From Lysobacter sp. (GTDB lineage: Bacteria; Pseudomonadota; Gammaproteobacteria; Xanthomonadales; Xanthomonadaceae): DNA of 51,467 nucleotides. The DNA lies in the NCBI GenBank assembly GCA_039930265.1, contig JBDSPO010000148.1:1-51467 (forward strand). The letters are read 5' to 3'. The notes under the pieces were generated by a model that worked only from the letters and a program-made list of their open reading frames with translations, was not told the DNA's origin and did no database searches. This document shows, piece after piece, positions 28,236-39,495 of the stretch (positions are counted from its first letter, which is position 1; each line of letters begins with the position of its first letter). The position numbers were made by a program, and so were the translations under genes.

Positions 28236-28413
28236 TCCCGGCAGCGATCGCGCGCGTCCTGCGCCCCACACCTGCGGGAAAAGACTGGCAGCCCCGGGCG
28301 GAATCCGCCAGACTATCGCGTTGACCAGCGGCCGGCGTGAGCCTGCCGTGGCCAACCTGGCCCAACATCAAATCAACGTGCCGTCGGTGTTCGCCGCGGT
28401 TGCAGGAGTGGAT

Positions 28414-29712
28414 ATGCAAGTTTCGGTCGAATCGCTCGGTGCCCTTGAACGCCGCATGACATTCAGCCTCCCCGCCGACCGCTACGAGAGCGAAGTCAGT
28501 GGTCGCCTGCGCGAGATCTCGCGCGGTGCCCGGATCAAGGGCTTCCGTCCCGGCAAGATTCCGCCCAAGGTGATCGAGCAGCGTTTCGGCCCCCAGGTCC
28601 GGGCCGAGGTCATCGATGGTCTGGTCCGCGAGAGCTTCGGCAGCGCGGTGCGCGAGCAGTCGCTGCAGATCGCCGGCAATCCGAACATCGAGCCGGCCAG
28701 CGACCAGTCCGATGAGCTGGCCTACGTGGCGACCTTCGAGCTGGTGCCGGACTTTGGCGATGTCGATGTGTCCAAGCTGAAGATTGTGCGCAGTACCTCC
28801 GAGGTCCAGGATGCCGACCTCGACACGATGGTCGAGAACCTGCGTCTGCAGCGGCGCAGCTGGAACGTGGTCGAGCGCGGCGCCCAGGACGGCGATGCGG
28901 TCGAGCTGGAGACCTATTCCACCGTGGGCGACGAGCGCATGCCCGCGGAGGGTGCCGAGCGCGGCACCACGGTGATCGGTTCCGGCGGCATGCTGCCGGC
29001 CATCGAAGCGCAGCTGAAGGGCATGCAGGCGGGCGAGCAGAAGGACGTCGATGTCGCGTTTCCCGCCGATTGGCGGGTGCCGGCGCTGGCGGGCAAGACC
29101 GTGGTCGTAAACCTGAAGGTTGGCAAGGTCTCCGAGCCGCACCTGCCGGAAATCGACGCCGATTTCATCAAGAGTTTCGGCATCCGCAGCGGTGATGCCG
29201 ACCAGTTCCGCGCCGACATCCGCAGCAATCTGGAGCGCGAGCTCAAGGGCGCCCTCATGGGCCGTCTGCGTCGCGAAGTCAGCGAGCAGCTGGTCGCCGC
29301 CTACGCCGACATCGAAATGCCGCCCAAGCTGGTGGAGAACGAGGCGCGTGACCTGGTGGCCCAGGCCGCCGAGCAGGCGCGTCGCCAGGGCCGCAATGCC
29401 GAGGTTCCGGCCGATGCGCACCTGCAATTCATGGACGCCGCACGCAAGCGCGTGCTGGTGGGACTGCTGGTGGGCGAAGTGGCCCGTCGCAACGAGCTCA
29501 AGCTGGATCCGCAGCGCGTCAACGAGACCTTGAACCTGATCGCCTCGACCTACGAGGAGCCGCAGGAAGTCATCCAGCTGTACCGCAACGATCGCCAGCT
29601 GATGAGCGGCCTGCAGGGACGGGTGATGGAAGAGCAGGTGATCGACTGGATCGCCGAGCGCGCCGAGCACACCGAGCAGCCGCTCGCATTTGCCGACGCC
29701 ATTCGCCAGTAG
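28414..29712 (+). CDS. tig: Trigger factor
   Basis: [14 protein letters not shown] ribosome-binding motif, FKBP-like domain; AGGAG SD. Confidence 0.97.
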   Translation: MQVSVESLGALERRMTFSLPADRYESEVSGRLREISRGARIKGFRPGKIPPKVIEQRFGPQVRAEVIDGLVRESFGSAVREQSLQIAGNPNIEPASDQSDELAYVATFELVPDFGDVDVSKLKIVRSTSEVQDADLDTMVENLRLQRRSWNVVERGAQDGDAVELETYSTVGDERMPAEGAERGTTVIGSGGMLPAIEAQLKGMQAGEQKDVDVAFPADWRVPALAGKTVVVNLKVGKVSEPHLPEIDADFIKSFGIRSGDADQFRADIRSNLERELKGALMGRLRREVSEQLVAAYADIEMPPKLVENEARDLVAQAAEQARRQGRNAEVPADAHLQFMDAARKRVLVGLLVGEVARRNELKLDPQRVNETLNLIASTYEEPQEVIQLYRNDRQLMSGLQGRVMEEQVIDWIAERAEHTEQPLAFADAIRQ

Positions 29713-29724
29713 GCGATGCGCATG

Positions 29725-29753
29725 ACCGGCATCCGCCACACGCGGATGCCGGT
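29725..29753. repeat. Perfect 12-bp inverted repeat between tig and clpP
   Basis: ACCGGCATCCGC-CACAC-GCGGATGCCGGT with no U tail; probably an mRNA-stabilising hairpin. Confidence 0.7.
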
Positions 29754-29758
29754 GACCA

Positions 29759-29787
29759 CTTGCGCCATGGCCCGGTCGACCCCACGT
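29759..29787 (+). promoter_or_regulatory. Probable sigma32 promoter of clpP
   Basis: CTTGCG-15 nt-CCCCACGT versus CTTGAA-N13-17-CCCCATNT. Confidence 0.6.
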
Positions 29788-29830
29788 TGATCGGGTCAGC
29801 CCATGCAATGCCAGCCAAGGTGCCGTTTTG

Positions 29831-30457
29831 ATGGATAAGCAAACCCAAGCCCTCAACCTCGTTCCGATGGTGGTCGAACAGACCAGCCGCGGCGAGCGTG
29901 CCTACGACATCTATTCGCGCCTGTTGAAGGAGCGGGTGATTTTTCTGGTCGGTCCGATCGACGACCATGTGGCCAACGTGATCGTGGCCCAGATGCTGTT
30001 CCTGGAGGCCGAGAATCCTGAGAAGGACATCAGCCTCTACATCAACTCGCCCGGTGGCGTGGTCACCGCAGGCATGGCGATCTACGACACCATGCAGTAC
30101 ATCCGCCCGGACGTGAGCACCATCTGCGTCGGCCAGGCCGCCTCCATGGGCGCGCTGCTGCTGTCCGCGGGTGCGAAGGGCAAGCGTTACGCGCTGCCCA
30201 ACTCGCGGGTGATGATCCACCAGCCGCTGGGCGGCTTCCAGGGTCAGGCGACCGACATCGAGATCCACGCGCGCGAGATTCTGGCGCTGAAGCAGCGTCT
30301 CAACGAGGTCTTGTCGCGTCACACCGGCCAGCCGTTGGAAGTCATTGCGCGCGATACCGAGCGCGACAATTTCAAGGGAGCCGAAGCCGCCCTGGAGTAT
30401 GGCCTGATCGACGAAGTGCTTGAGCGGCGGCCGGAAAACACCATCCAGGCACGTTGA
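29831..30457 (+). CDS. clpP: ATP-dependent Clp protease proteolytic subunit
   Basis: [23 protein letters not shown] and MIHQP motifs. Confidence 0.99.
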   Translation: MDKQTQALNLVPMVVEQTSRGERAYDIYSRLLKERVIFLVGPIDDHVANVIVAQMLFLEAENPEKDISLYINSPGGVVTAGMAIYDTMQYIRPDVSTICVGQAASMGALLLSAGAKGKRYALPNSRVMIHQPLGGFQGQATDIEIHAREILALKQRLNEVLSRHTGQPLEVIARDTERDNFKGAEAALEYGLIDEVLERRPENTIQAR

Positions 30458-30641
30458 TCCAGGCCAGGCGCAGTTCCGCGTTTGGCCTGCAACACGCTGA
30501 TTTAAAAGGTATTTGTCAGTTCGGGCGCGCGGGTTTTACAGCGTCAGGCTGTGCTACCCTCGAACTCAACCCGCACGATCCTGTCACTCGGCGAACCCCG
30601 CCGGGTCAGGTGTTGCAACCCATCAAGATCCAGGCAAGCGC

Positions 30642-31934
30642 ATGACTGAAGAACGTCCGGGCCGTACCAGCGGCGACAGCAACAAGATCCTCTACTGCTC
30701 CTTCTGCGGAAAGAGCCAGCATGAGGTGCGCAAGCTGATTGCCGGTCCCAGCGTTTTCATCTGCGATGAATGCGTGGAGCTGTGCAACGACATCATCCGC
30801 GAGGAGCTCGAGGAGAAGGCGCAGTCGGCACGCAGCCACCTGCCCAAGCCGCGCGAGATCCTCGAGGTGCTGGACGAGTACGTCATCGGCCAGGCGCGGG
30901 CCAAGAAAACCCTCGCCGTCGCGGTGTACAACCACTACAAGCGCATCGAGAGCCGTCAGAAGAGCGACGACATCGAGCTGTCGAAGTCCAACATCCTGCT
31001 GGTCGGCCCGACCGGTTCGGGCAAGACGTTGCTGGCGGAAACCCTGGCGCGGATGCTCAACGTTCCGTTCACGATGGCCGATGCGACCACGTTGACCGAA
31101 GCCGGTTACGTGGGCGAGGACGTGGAAAACATCATCCAGAAGCTGTTGCAGAAGTGCGACTACGACGTCGAGAAGGCGCAGCAGGGCATCGTCTACATCG
31201 ACGAGATCGACAAGATCTCGCGCAAGTCCGACAACCCGTCGATTACGCGTGACGTGTCCGGTGAAGGCGTCCAGCAGGCGCTGCTGAAGCTGATCGAAGG
31301 CACCGTCGCCAATGTTCCGCCGCAGGGCGGTCGCAAGCACCCGCAGCAGGAATTTCTGCAGGTCGACACCCGCAATATCCTGTTCATCGTTGGCGGTGCG
31401 TTTGCCGGTCTGGACAAGATCATCCAGCAGCGCAGCACCGAGGCCGGTGGTATCGGCTTCGGCGCCAAGGTCAAGAGTGCCGATCGCAAGGTGGACATCG
31501 GTACCGTGCTGGCGGACGTGGAGCCCGAGGATCTGGTGAAGTTCGGGCTGATCCCCGAGTTTGTGGGTCGGCTGCCGGTGATCGCCACCCTGGAGGAGCT
31601 GGACGAGGCGGCGCTGGTGACCATCCTCACCGAGCCGAAGAATGCGATCACCAAGCAGTTCCACCGCTTGTTCGAGATGGAGGACGTCGAGCTGGAGTTC
31701 CGGCCGGACGCGCTGGTGGCGATCGCCAAGAAGGCGCTGAAGCGCAAGACCGGCGCGCGTGGCCTGCGCACCATCGTGGAATCCGTGCTGCTGGACACGA
31801 TGTATGACCTGCCGTCGTTGGAGAACGTCAGCAAGGTCGTGGTGGACGAGTCGGTGATCGAGCACAAGACCGCGCCGTACCTGATCTATGAAGCACCACC
31901 GGTCGCGCCGCAGAAGGCTGCTTCGGGCGACTGA
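30642..31934 (+). CDS. clpX: ATP-dependent Clp protease ATP-binding subunit
   Basis: CSFC...CDEC zinc domain, [12 protein letters not shown] and IGF loop. Confidence 0.99.
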   Translation: MTEERPGRTSGDSNKILYCSFCGKSQHEVRKLIAGPSVFICDECVELCNDIIREELEEKAQSARSHLPKPREILEVLDEYVIGQARAKKTLAVAVYNHYKRIESRQKSDDIELSKSNILLVGPTGSGKTLLAETLARMLNVPFTMADATTLTEAGYVGEDVENIIQKLLQKCDYDVEKAQQGIVYIDEIDKISRKSDNPSITRDVSGEGVQQALLKLIEGTVANVPPQGGRKHPQQEFLQVDTRNILFIVGGAFAGLDKIIQQRSTEAGGIGFGAKVKSADRKVDIGTVLADVEPEDLVKFGLIPEFVGRLPVIATLEELDEAALVTILTEPKNAITKQFHRLFEMEDVELEFRPDALVAIAKKALKRKTGARGLRTIVESVLLDTMYDLPSLENVSKVVVDESVIEHKTAPYLIYEAPPVAPQKAASGD

Positions 31935-31972
31935 CCCGGGCGTTCCGGCGCGTCCGGACCCGCGGGATCACG

Positions 31973-32002
31973 ATCAGCCACTTGCAGATGCAAGTGGCTG
32001 AT
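31973..32002. repeat. 14-bp inverted repeat between clpX and lon
   Basis: ATCAGCCACTTGCA-GA-TGCAAGTGGCTGAT followed by TTCGTTT. Confidence 0.8.
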
Positions 32003-32048
32003 TTCGTTTGCGGGCTGCGCTTTGCGTGCGCGCGGTGGGGACGATCCG

Positions 32049-32077
32049 CTTGCAAGGACATCGCCTGACCCCCATAA
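32049..32077 (+). promoter_or_regulatory. sigma32 promoter of lon
   Basis: CTTGCA-15 nt-CCCCATAA. Confidence 0.75.
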
Positions 32078-32163
32078 CCCCGTCATGGCCAGCGATTGCG
32101 GCCCATTTCCCTTTCCGCGGTCTGGCGCAGTGCGCGCGACCCCCTGAACGAACGGAGTTCCAC

Positions 32164-34608
32164 ATGACCGAATCCAAAAAGCGCGTGAAGGCCGGGGGCG
32201 GGCCGCCGGACATGCCGGTGCTGCCCCTGCGCGATGTCGTGGTCTTTCCGCACATGGTGATCCCGCTGTTTGTCGGTCGCGACAAATCCATCCGCGCGCT
32301 GGAGGCGGCGATGGAGGGTGACAAGCAGATTCTGCTGGTCGCGCAGAAGGCCGCGGAGACCGATGATCCCGGCGCCGATGACCTGTTCCAGGTCGGCACT
32401 CTGGCCCATGTGCTGCAATTGCTGAAGCTTCCGGACGGCACCATCAAGGTGCTGGTGGAAGGGGTGTCGCGCTCCAAGGTCGACCGGGTGGTCGAGGTTG
32501 ACGGCGCATTGCGCGGCCGCGGCAAGGATATTCCCGCGGAAACCGATCGGCCGGAGCGCGAGATCGAAGCGATCATGCGTTCGCTGATGAGCCTCTTCGA
32601 GCAGTACATCAAGACCAACCGCAAGCTCCCGCCGGAGCTGATGCAGACGCTGTCAGGCATCGATGAGCCGGGCCGGTTGGCCGATACGGTTGCCGCGCAT
32701 CTGGGCGTGCGCATCGTCGACAAGCAGAAGCTGCTGGAAACCCACGGCATCGGTGCGCGGCTGGAGCAGTTGATCGGCCTGGTGGACGGCGAGATCGATG
32801 TCCAGCAGCTGGAGAAGCGCATCCGCGGCCGGGTCAAGGGCCAGATGGAAAAGAGCCAGCGCGAGTACTATCTCAACGAGCAGATGAAGGCGATCCAGAA
32901 GGAGCTGGGCGAGATCGACGACATGCCCAATGACATCGAGGAGCTGACCCGCAAGATCGCCGAGGCGGGGATGCCCAAGCCGGTCGCGGCCAAGGCGAAA
33001 AGCGAGCTCAACAAGCTCAAGCAGATGTCGCCGATGTCGGCCGAAGCCGCCGTGGTGCGCAACTATCTGGACTGGCTGCTGGGTGTGCCGTGGAAGAAGC
33101 GCAGCAAGGTCCGCAAGGACCTGCGGGCCGCCCAGGAGGTGCTGGACGCGGACCATTACGGTCTGGAAAAGGTCAAGGAGCGCATCCTGGAATACCTGGC
33201 CGTGCAGACCCGGGTCAAGCAGATGAAGGGCGCCATCCTGTGCCTGGTCGGACCGCCGGGCGTTGGCAAGACCTCGCTGGGTCAGTCGATCGCCAAGGCG
33301 ACCAACCGCAACTTCGTGCGCATGTCGCTGGGCGGTGTCCGCGACGAGGCGGAGATCCGTGGCCACCGCCGGACCTACGTCGGTTCGATGCCGGGCCGGG
33401 TGGTGCAGAACCTGACCAAGGCCGGGACCCGCAATCCGCTGTTCATGCTGGACGAGATCGACAAGATGTCGATGGACTTCCGTGGCGACCCGTCTTCGGC
33501 ACTGCTGGAGGTGCTTGATCCGGAGCAGAACAACGCCTTCAACGACCACTACCTGGAGGTCGATCTGGACCTCAGCGAAGTGATGTTCGTGGCTACCGCC
33601 AACTCGCTCAACATCCCCGGCCCGCTGCTGGACCGGATGGAAGTGATCCGGATCCCCGGCTACACCGAGGACGAGAAGGTCAATATCGCGATGCGCTACC
33701 TGGTGCCCAAGCAGCTCAAGGCCAACGGCCTCAAGCCCGAAGAGCTGAAGATCGGCGAGGCGGCCGTGCACGACATCGTCCGCTACTACACCCGCGAGGC
33801 GGGTGTGCGGAATCTGGAGCGCGAGATCGCGAAGATCTGCCGCAAGGTGGTCAAGGAAATCGCGCTTGCCGGTCCCAAGCCCAAAGCGCGCAAGGCGCCG
33901 CTGGCGGTCAACAGCAAGAACCTGGAAAAGTATCTGGGCGTGCGCCGCTTCGACTTTGGCCGGGCCGAGGAAAACAACGAGATCGGTCTGGTCACCGGCC
34001 TGGCATGGACCGAGGTCGGCGGCGAGTTGCTGCAGGTCGAGTCCACGCTCGTTCCCGGCAAGGGCCAGCTGATCCTGACCGGCCAGCTGGGCGATGTGAT
34101 GAAGGAATCCGCTTCCGCCGCGCTCTCGGTCGTGCGCGCCCGCACCGAGCAACTGGGCATCGACCTGGGCTTCCTGGAGAAGCACGACGTGCATGTCCAC
34201 GTGCCCGAAGGTGCGACGCCCAAGGACGGTCCCAGCGCCGGTATCGCCATGGTGACGGCGCTGGTGTCCACGCTGACCAAGAATCCGGTCCGCGCCGAGG
34301 TCGCCATGACCGGCGAGATCACCCTGCGCGGTCGCGTCCTGCCGATCGGCGGGTTGAAGGAGAAGCTGCTGGCGGCACTGCGCGGCGGCATCACCACGGT
34401 GGTGATCCCCGAGGAAAACAAGAAGGATCTGGTGGATCTGCCCAAGAGCGTGGCGGAGGGCTTGACCATCAGAACCGCACGCTGGATCGATGAGGTGCTC
34501 GACATCGCGCTGGAGCGGCCTGTGACGCCTTCGGCGCCCGCCGCGCCGGGCGAGCTGCCCGCGCCGGTGAAGAACGAGCCTGCGGCGCGAGCAGGCGTCA
34601 AGCACTGA
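32164..34608 (+). CDS. lon: Lon protease
   Basis: [19 protein letters not shown] and PKDGPSAG motifs; GGAG SD. Confidence 0.99.
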   Translation: MTESKKRVKAGGGPPDMPVLPLRDVVVFPHMVIPLFVGRDKSIRALEAAMEGDKQILLVAQKAAETDDPGADDLFQVGTLAHVLQLLKLPDGTIKVLVEGVSRSKVDRVVEVDGALRGRGKDIPAETDRPEREIEAIMRSLMSLFEQYIKTNRKLPPELMQTLSGIDEPGRLADTVAAHLGVRIVDKQKLLETHGIGARLEQLIGLVDGEIDVQQLEKRIRGRVKGQMEKSQREYYLNEQMKAIQKELGEIDDMPNDIEELTRKIAEAGMPKPVAAKAKSELNKLKQMSPMSAEAAVVRNYLDWLLGVPWKKRSKVRKDLRAAQEVLDADHYGLEKVKERILEYLAVQTRVKQMKGAILCLVGPPGVGKTSLGQSIAKATNRNFVRMSLGGVRDEAEIRGHRRTYVGSMPGRVVQNLTKAGTRNPLFMLDEIDKMSMDFRGDPSSALLEVLDPEQNNAFNDHYLEVDLDLSEVMFVATANSLNIPGPLLDRMEVIRIPGYTEDEKVNIAMRYLVPKQLKANGLKPEELKIGEAAVHDIVRYYTREAGVRNLEREIAKICRKVVKEIALAGPKPKARKAPLAVNSKNLEKYLGVRRFDFGRAEENNEIGLVTGLAWTEVGGELLQVESTLVPGKGQLILTGQLGDVMKESASAALSVVRARTEQLGIDLGFLEKHDVHVHVPEGATPKDGPSAGIAMVTALVSTLTKNPVRAEVAMTGEITLRGRVLPIGGLKEKLLAALRGGITTVVIPEENKKDLVDLPKSVAEGLTIRTARWIDEVLDIALERPVTPSAPAAPGELPAPVKNEPAARAGVKH

Positions 34609-34674
34609 ACCGGGCCGCGACCCCGAAACATGCTATAAAAAGGCTGGAACCCGCGTCATTGCTGGGTTTCAGTC

Positions 34675-34703
34675 TTGCGTCGGGAAAAACGCGCTGGTAT
34701 AAC
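34675..34703 (+). promoter_or_regulatory. Probable sigma70 promoter of hupB
   Basis: TTGCGT-17 nt-TATAAC with a TGn extension. Confidence 0.55.
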
Positions 34704-34839
34704 GGCGTGCAACCGTTTCGCGTTATCCCTGTTCCGGAAGGGGGATGCGAAGCGGCAAGGTCGATCGGAGGTCCGGCAACTGCGTCGGCACTTCGATTTC
34801 AAGAATCACGCGGTCCAACCGCTCAGGGAGTCAAAAAGA

Positions 34840-35112
34840 ATGAACAAGGGTGAATTCGTCAGTGCTGTTGCCGATGCTTCAGAGTTGTCCAAGGCCGACG
34901 CCGCCAGCGCGGTGGATGCGATGGTCAGCGTCATCACCGAGACGCTGAAAAACGGCGACTCGATCACGCTCGTCGGCTTCGGCACCTTCCAGGTCCGCAA
35001 CCGTGCCGCCCGTCAGGGTCGCAACCCGAAGACCGGGGAGGCCATCAAGATCAAGGCTTCGAACAATCCCGCGTTCAAGGCTGGCAAAGCACTGAAAGAC
35101 GCTGTAAACTAA
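34840..35112 (+). CDS. hupB: DNA-binding protein HU
   Basis: MNK, GFGTF, GRNPKTG and PAFKAGKALKDAVN motifs. Confidence 0.97.
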   Translation: MNKGEFVSAVADASELSKADAASAVDAMVSVITETLKNGDSITLVGFGTFQVRNRAARQGRNPKTGEAIKIKASNNPAFKAGKALKDAVN

Positions 35113-35167
35113 GCGGCTACCCACCGGGGGCGGTGTACGGTTTTCTGCCCCTCCGGTCTGAACATCC

Positions 35168-35242
35168 GGGTGCTTAGCTCAGTGGTAGAGCGTCTCCTTT
35201 ACACGGAGAGGGTCGGGGGTTCGAAACCCTCAGCACCCACCA
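35168..35242 (+). tRNA. tRNA-Val(UAC)
   Basis: Cloverleaf, anticodon TAC, CCA. Confidence 0.97.
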
Positions 35243-35269
35243 GCATCGGGTTGCAAGGTTTTAGAGTGC

Positions 35270-35346
35270 GGAGTGGTAGTTCAGTTGGTTAGAATGCTGG
35301 CCTGTCACGCCGGAGGTCGCGGGTTCGAGTCCCGTCCACTCCGCCA
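35270..35346 (+). tRNA. tRNA-Asp(GUC)
   Basis: Cloverleaf, anticodon GTC, CCA. Confidence 0.97.
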
Positions 35347-35446
35347 GTTCAATCCGGCCCAGCGCGCAATCGCGGGTCGTGCGGCAAGCAGCATCACAGC
35401 TCTGTAGTCCGGAGCGGATGTTGGGCTGACACCAGTGTCAAAGTGC

Positions 35447-35523
35447 GGAGCGGTAGTTCAGTTGGTTAGAATGCTGGCCTGTCACGCCGGAGGTCGCGGG
35501 TTCGAGTCCCGTCCGCTCCGCCA
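35447..35523 (+). tRNA. tRNA-Asp(GUC), second copy
   Basis: Cloverleaf, anticodon GTC, CCA. Confidence 0.97.
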
Positions 35524-35530
35524 GTTCATC

Positions 35531-35567
35531 CGAAACGCCTGCAAATCCCGGATTTGCGGGCGTTTTG
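35531..35567 (+). terminator. Terminator after the tRNA-Asp pair
   Basis: AAACGCCTGCAAATC-CCG-GATTTGCGGGCGTTTT hairpin. Confidence 0.75.
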
Positions 35568-35713
35568 CTGTTCCGCGACCGCAGAATCCGCTCACAGCGC
35601 TTCACCGATGGCCACGACCAGCCGCGGTGGGAGCGCCGGCACCCAGGGCACTGCGGACTCTCGTCGCCCATCCACGCTAAACTGTCCGGCTTCCGCCCTG
35701 ACCCGATTGAATC

Positions 35714-37684
35714 ATGCTGCGAAAAATCCGAGAAAAGACCACCGGCTGGGTCGCGATGACGATCCTGGGAATCCTGATTGTTCCGTTCGCCCTGTTCGGG
35801 CTGGAGCAGTACATGGTCCAGGGCGGCAGCAGCACCGTCGCGTCGATCAAGGCGCCGCCCGCGTGGTGGTCCTCGGCGCCGTCGTTCTGGCCGGTGTCGG
35901 TGCTGTGGCGCCATGACGAGGTGGGGACCGACGAGTTCCGCAACCGCTTCGAGCAGGTGCGCCAGCAACAGCGTGCCGAGAAGGGCGATGCCTTCGACGC
36001 GCGCGCGTTTGAGGACATTGCGAACAAGCGGCTGGTGCTGGAGAGCCTGATCGACCAGAAGGTGCAGGCGATGGCGGCGCAAGCGGCCGGCGTCACGGTC
36101 AGCGACGCCATGGTCATCGACGAGATCCAGCGCATCCCCGCGTTCCAGGTGGACGGTCGCTTCGATCCCCAGCGCTACCAGTTGGCGCTCGCGGCTCAGG
36201 TGCCGGCGCAGTCACCGGCCCAGTTCGATCGCCTCGTGCGTGAGGGTCTGGAGCAGGGACTGGTGATGAACGCCCTGGCGGAAAGCAATTTCGTCACGCC
36301 CGGTGAAATGGACCGGTTGATCCGCCTCATGGGCGAGCAGCGGGACGTCTCCGTGCTGGTGGTGCCGGCTGCCGACGCCGGCGCTGTCGCGGTCAGCGAT
36401 GCGGACGTGCAGGCGTGGTACGACGCCCACCTGGCCGACTACCGCGCCCCGGAGCAGGTCACGATCGAATACGTGTCACTGGACGCGGCCGATATGCCGG
36501 CCGCGCCCGCTGCCGACGAGGAGACCCTGCGTCATCGTTATGACCAGGAGGCGGAGAAGTTCGCCCAGCAGGAAGAGCGCCTCGCCTCGCACATTCTGGT
36601 CGAGGTGCCGGCCGACGCCGATGCCGCGACCATTGCCGCTGCCAAGGAGAAGGCGACCAGGCTCGCCGCGCAGGCGCGTGCCGACGGGGCGGACTTCGCG
36701 GCGCTCGCCACCGCTTCCAGCGACGATCCGGCCTCTCCCGGCGGGGATCTGGGCTGGATCAGCCGCGGAACGATGCCCGACGCCCTGGAATCAGCCCTGT
36801 TTGCCCTGGCTCCCGGGCAGATCAGCGATCCGGTCAAGACCGAGTTCGGCTGGCATGTGATCAAGCTGCGGGAAACGAAAGCCGGCCAGCGCGAGTCGTT
36901 TGAGCAGGTGCGTGAAACGCTGGCGCGCGAGCAGGCCGAAGCGGACCGCGAGCGGATGTTCAGCGACCTGTCCAGCCGGGTGGTGGACGCCGTCCTGCAG
37001 AACCCCAGTGGCCTGGCGTCGGCTGCCGAGGCGGCGAATCTGACAGTGCAGAAGCTGGGCCCGTTCGATGCGCGTTCCAACGAGGGCATCGCGGCCAGTC
37101 CGGCGGTCAAGCGGGCGGCGTTTTCCGAGATTCTGATCCAGGACGGCACGGTCAGTGACCCGATCGAGGTCGCTCCCGAGCACAACGTCTGGATCCGCGT
37201 GCTGTCCCACACCGCCGAAGAGGCGCAGCCACTGGCTCAGGTGCGCGACCAGGTGGTGGGCGCCATCCGCGCCGACCGGTCGAAGGCCCTCGCGCGTGAG
37301 CGCGCAACGGCCTTGCAAGCGCGCCTGCAGAAGGGTGAGACGCTGGCGTCTCTGGCGGCGAAGGAATCGCTGCCCGCACCCGAGTCACTGCCCGGGGTAC
37401 CCCGGGGCGCGCCGTTGATTGCGCCGGGGGTGTCGGATGCGCTGTTTGCGGTGCAGGTCAAGACCGGCGGCACCGCGATCGGCAGCAAGGTGCTGGATGA
37501 CGGACGGATCGTGTTGTTCAGCGTCGACAAGGTGGTGCCCGGGGACGTTGCCGCCTTCCCGGCCGAGCAGCGCGAGGTGTTGCAGCAGCAACTCGGTCAG
37601 GCCGCCGGGATCGACGATGTGCAGGCCCTGCTGGCGAAACTGCGCAAGTCCATGAAGATCCGGGTGCTCGAACAGAACCTGTAG
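35714..37684 (+). CDS. ppiD: Peptidyl-prolyl isomerase D (SurA-N plus parvulin)
   Basis: N-terminal anchor; ASHILV, GGDLGW and PVKTEFGWHVI motifs; usual position after lon-hupB. Confidence 0.93.
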   Translation: MLRKIREKTTGWVAMTILGILIVPFALFGLEQYMVQGGSSTVASIKAPPAWWSSAPSFWPVSVLWRHDEVGTDEFRNRFEQVRQQQRAEKGDAFDARAFEDIANKRLVLESLIDQKVQAMAAQAAGVTVSDAMVIDEIQRIPAFQVDGRFDPQRYQLALAAQVPAQSPAQFDRLVREGLEQGLVMNALAESNFVTPGEMDRLIRLMGEQRDVSVLVVPAADAGAVAVSDADVQAWYDAHLADYRAPEQVTIEYVSLDAADMPAAPAADEETLRHRYDQEAEKFAQQEERLASHILVEVPADADAATIAAAKEKATRLAAQARADGADFAALATASSDDPASPGGDLGWISRGTMPDALESALFALAPGQISDPVKTEFGWHVIKLRETKAGQRESFEQVRETLAREQAEADRERMFSDLSSRVVDAVLQNPSGLASAAEAANLTVQKLGPFDARSNEGIAASPAVKRAAFSEILIQDGTVSDPIEVAPEHNVWIRVLSHTAEEAQPLAQVRDQVVGAIRADRSKALARERATALQARLQKGETLASLAAKESLPAPESLPGVPRGAPLIAPGVSDALFAVQVKTGGTAIGSKVLDDGRIVLFSVDKVVPGDVAAFPAEQREVLQQQLGQAAGIDDVQALLAKLRKSMKIRVLEQNL

Positions 37685-37715
37685 CCGGGCCGGAAGCGGG
37701 GGGCCTTCCCGACTT

Positions 37716-37762
37716 CCGCCCACAAAAAAGCCCGGCATCGCGCCGGGCTTTTTTGTGGGCGG
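37716..37762. terminator. Bidirectional terminator between ppiD and fabI
   Basis: 21-bp perfect inverted repeat containing A6/T6 tracts. Confidence 0.93.
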
Positions 37763-37770
37763 GTATCCGC

Positions 37771-38565
37771 TCAGTCCTTGTCGTTGATGCCGGTCATGCC
37801 CAGGATGTTGTAGCCCGAGTCCACGTACACCACGTCGCCGGTAATCCCCAGCGCGAGGTCCGAGCACAGGAAGGCGGCGGTGTTGCCCACATCCTCGATT
37901 GTCACCGTGCGGCGCAGCGGCGCATGCTGCTCGAACTGGCCGAGCATCTTGCGGAAATTGGAGATCCCCGCAGCCGACAGGGTCTTGATCGGGCCGGCGG
38001 AGATCGCATTGACGCGGGTGCCTTCCGGGCCCAGGTTGAGCGCCAGGTAGCGGACAGTGGCCTCCAGGCTCGCCTTGGCCACGCCCATCACGTTGTAGTT
38101 CTGCAGCGCGCGCACCGCACCCAGGTAGCTCAGGGTCAGGATCGAGCCGTTGCGACCGGCCATCAGCGGCCGCGCGGCCTTGGCAAGGGCGGCCAGCGAG
38201 TACGCCGAAATGTCGTGGGCAACTGCCCAGTTTTCGCGGGTCAGCCCGTCCAGGAATTCGCCTTCAATGGCCTCGCGCGGGGCGTAGGCGATGGCATGAA
38301 TCAGGATATCGAAGCTGTCCCAGTGCTTGCCGAGCTCCGTAAAGCAATCGGCGATCTGCTCATCGCTGGACACATCCAGCGGCAGCACGATGCTGCTGTC
38401 CAGGGCAGCGGCGGCCTTCTCGACGCGCGGCTTCAGCTTGTCGTTCAAATAGGTGAACGCCAGCTCCGCGCCCTCACGGTGCATGGCCTCGGCAATGCCG
38501 CTGGCGATCGAGCGCTCGCTCGCGATACCGGTGATCAGTGCGCGCTTGCCTTGCAGGAAACCCAT
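37771..38565 (-). CDS. fabI: Enoyl-ACP reductase
   Basis: [24 protein letters not shown] and SAGPIKTL motifs. Confidence 0.97.
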   Translation of the reverse strand: MGFLQGKRALITGIASERSIASGIAEAMHREGAELAFTYLNDKLKPRVEKAAAALDSSIVLPLDVSSDEQIADCFTELGKHWDSFDILIHAIAYAPREAIEGEFLDGLTRENWAVAHDISAYSLAALAKAARPLMAGRNGSILTLSYLGAVRALQNYNVMGVAKASLEATVRYLALNLGPEGTRVNAISAGPIKTLSAAGISNFRKMLGQFEQHAPLRRTVTIEDVGNTAAFLCSDLALGITGDVVYVDSGYNILGMTGINDKD

Positions 38566-38649
38566 GATTGCTCCTTGTTGACCAGAGCCGCGACCGGCTT
38601 GGTCGGGCGACCCGCTATTGTACCCGCGCCACTGGGGGCGGATCAGGTG

Positions 38650-39495
38650 CTAATTGCTGGCCAGCTCGGGCACCGGCATGCGAGGTGCGGGGCGATCCAT
38701 CGCCTTGATCCACGACTCCTGCTGATTGGCGTCATCCAGGACGCACGCCAGCGCCTGCAGCTTGCGTACATAGGCCTGGGTGGTGGCCGGGACGCCGGCG
38801 AGGGTGGCGGGGTTGGCATTGCGGGCCTGTTGGCCGCCACTCTTCAGGGCGCCGAGAATGCGGTATTCACCCGCGTTGTAGGCCATCGCGGCCAGTCGCC
38901 AGTCGCCGGCAAACATCCCGTGCAGGGTCTTGAGATAACGCACCGCAGCACGGGTGGAGTCGACCGGCGATAGGCGGCCGTCGTAACCCTTGCGGATCGG
39001 CACCTTGTGGTTGCGGGCAGTGCGCTCGATCATCTGCCACATGCCGACCGGTCCGGAGGAGCTGCGTGCCTCGGGTCGATAGCCGCTTTCCACGAAGGGG
39101 ATCAGGGCGTACTCGCTGGGCAGGTGGGCGGCGCGCACCGCATCCAGCACATAGCCGAACAGGACCAGGGTGTCATCGCCGGGGGTCGCCAGACGCTTGG
39201 GCGCGGCCGCGTAATGCTTGCTCCAGCGGGCGCTGACGTCAGCGGCGCAGGCCGGATCGGCGAGGCCCTGCTGGAATTGACGATAGATCTCCAATCCGCC
39301 GCGCGCTGCCGGCGCTGCCGCGGGAAGCAAGGGCGGCGTCACCGGGGTCGCCGCATCCGTGGCTGCCAACGCCGGCGCTGGCGGAACGCCGGTCGCGGAC
39401 GCACCCGACAGCGGCGATCCCAGCAGCACGCACAGCGCCAGTGCGATCCCGCGGCGGCCGGCCAAGCCGGCACGCCGCGCGCAGGGCGCGCTCAT
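38650..39495 (-). CDS. Lytic transglycosylase, MltD-like SLT domain without LysM
   Basis: IPFVESGY (catalytic Glu), GMWQM, AYNAGE and TQAYV motifs; start overlaps the gloB stop. Confidence 0.88.
   Translation of the reverse strand: MSAPCARRAGLAGRRGIALALCVLLGSPLSGASATGVPPAPALAATDAATPVTPPLLPAAAPAARGGLEIYRQFQQGLADPACAADVSARWSKHYAAAPKRLATPGDDTLVLFGYVLDAVRAAHLPSEYALIPFVESGYRPEARSSSGPVGMWQMIERTARNHKVPIRKGYDGRLSPVDSTRAAVRYLKTLHGMFAGDWRLAAMAYNAGEYRILGALKSGGQQARNANPATLAGVPATTQAYVRKLQALACVLDDANQQESWIKAMDRPAPRMPVPELASN

Noticed and set aside
28186-28413. N-terminal extensions in the ORF track (tig, also lon, clpX, hupB, hutI, phoB, dnaQ, kdkA)
   Set aside because: Downstream starts match the family N-termini and have SD or promoter support; the extensions run through tRNAs, promoters or neighbouring genes.
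32653-34605. 650-aa antisense ORF over lon, and similar long shadow ORFs (2137-3741, 5437-7122, 11238-14729, 17000-20379, 28108-29856, 30606-31865)
   Set aside because: They mirror well-supported genes on the opposite strand, as expected from high-GC codon bias, and show no recognisable motifs.
35411-35417. GGAGCGG between the tRNA-Asp genes as a third tRNA remnant
   Set aside because: Only a 7-nt match, with no further tRNA structure.
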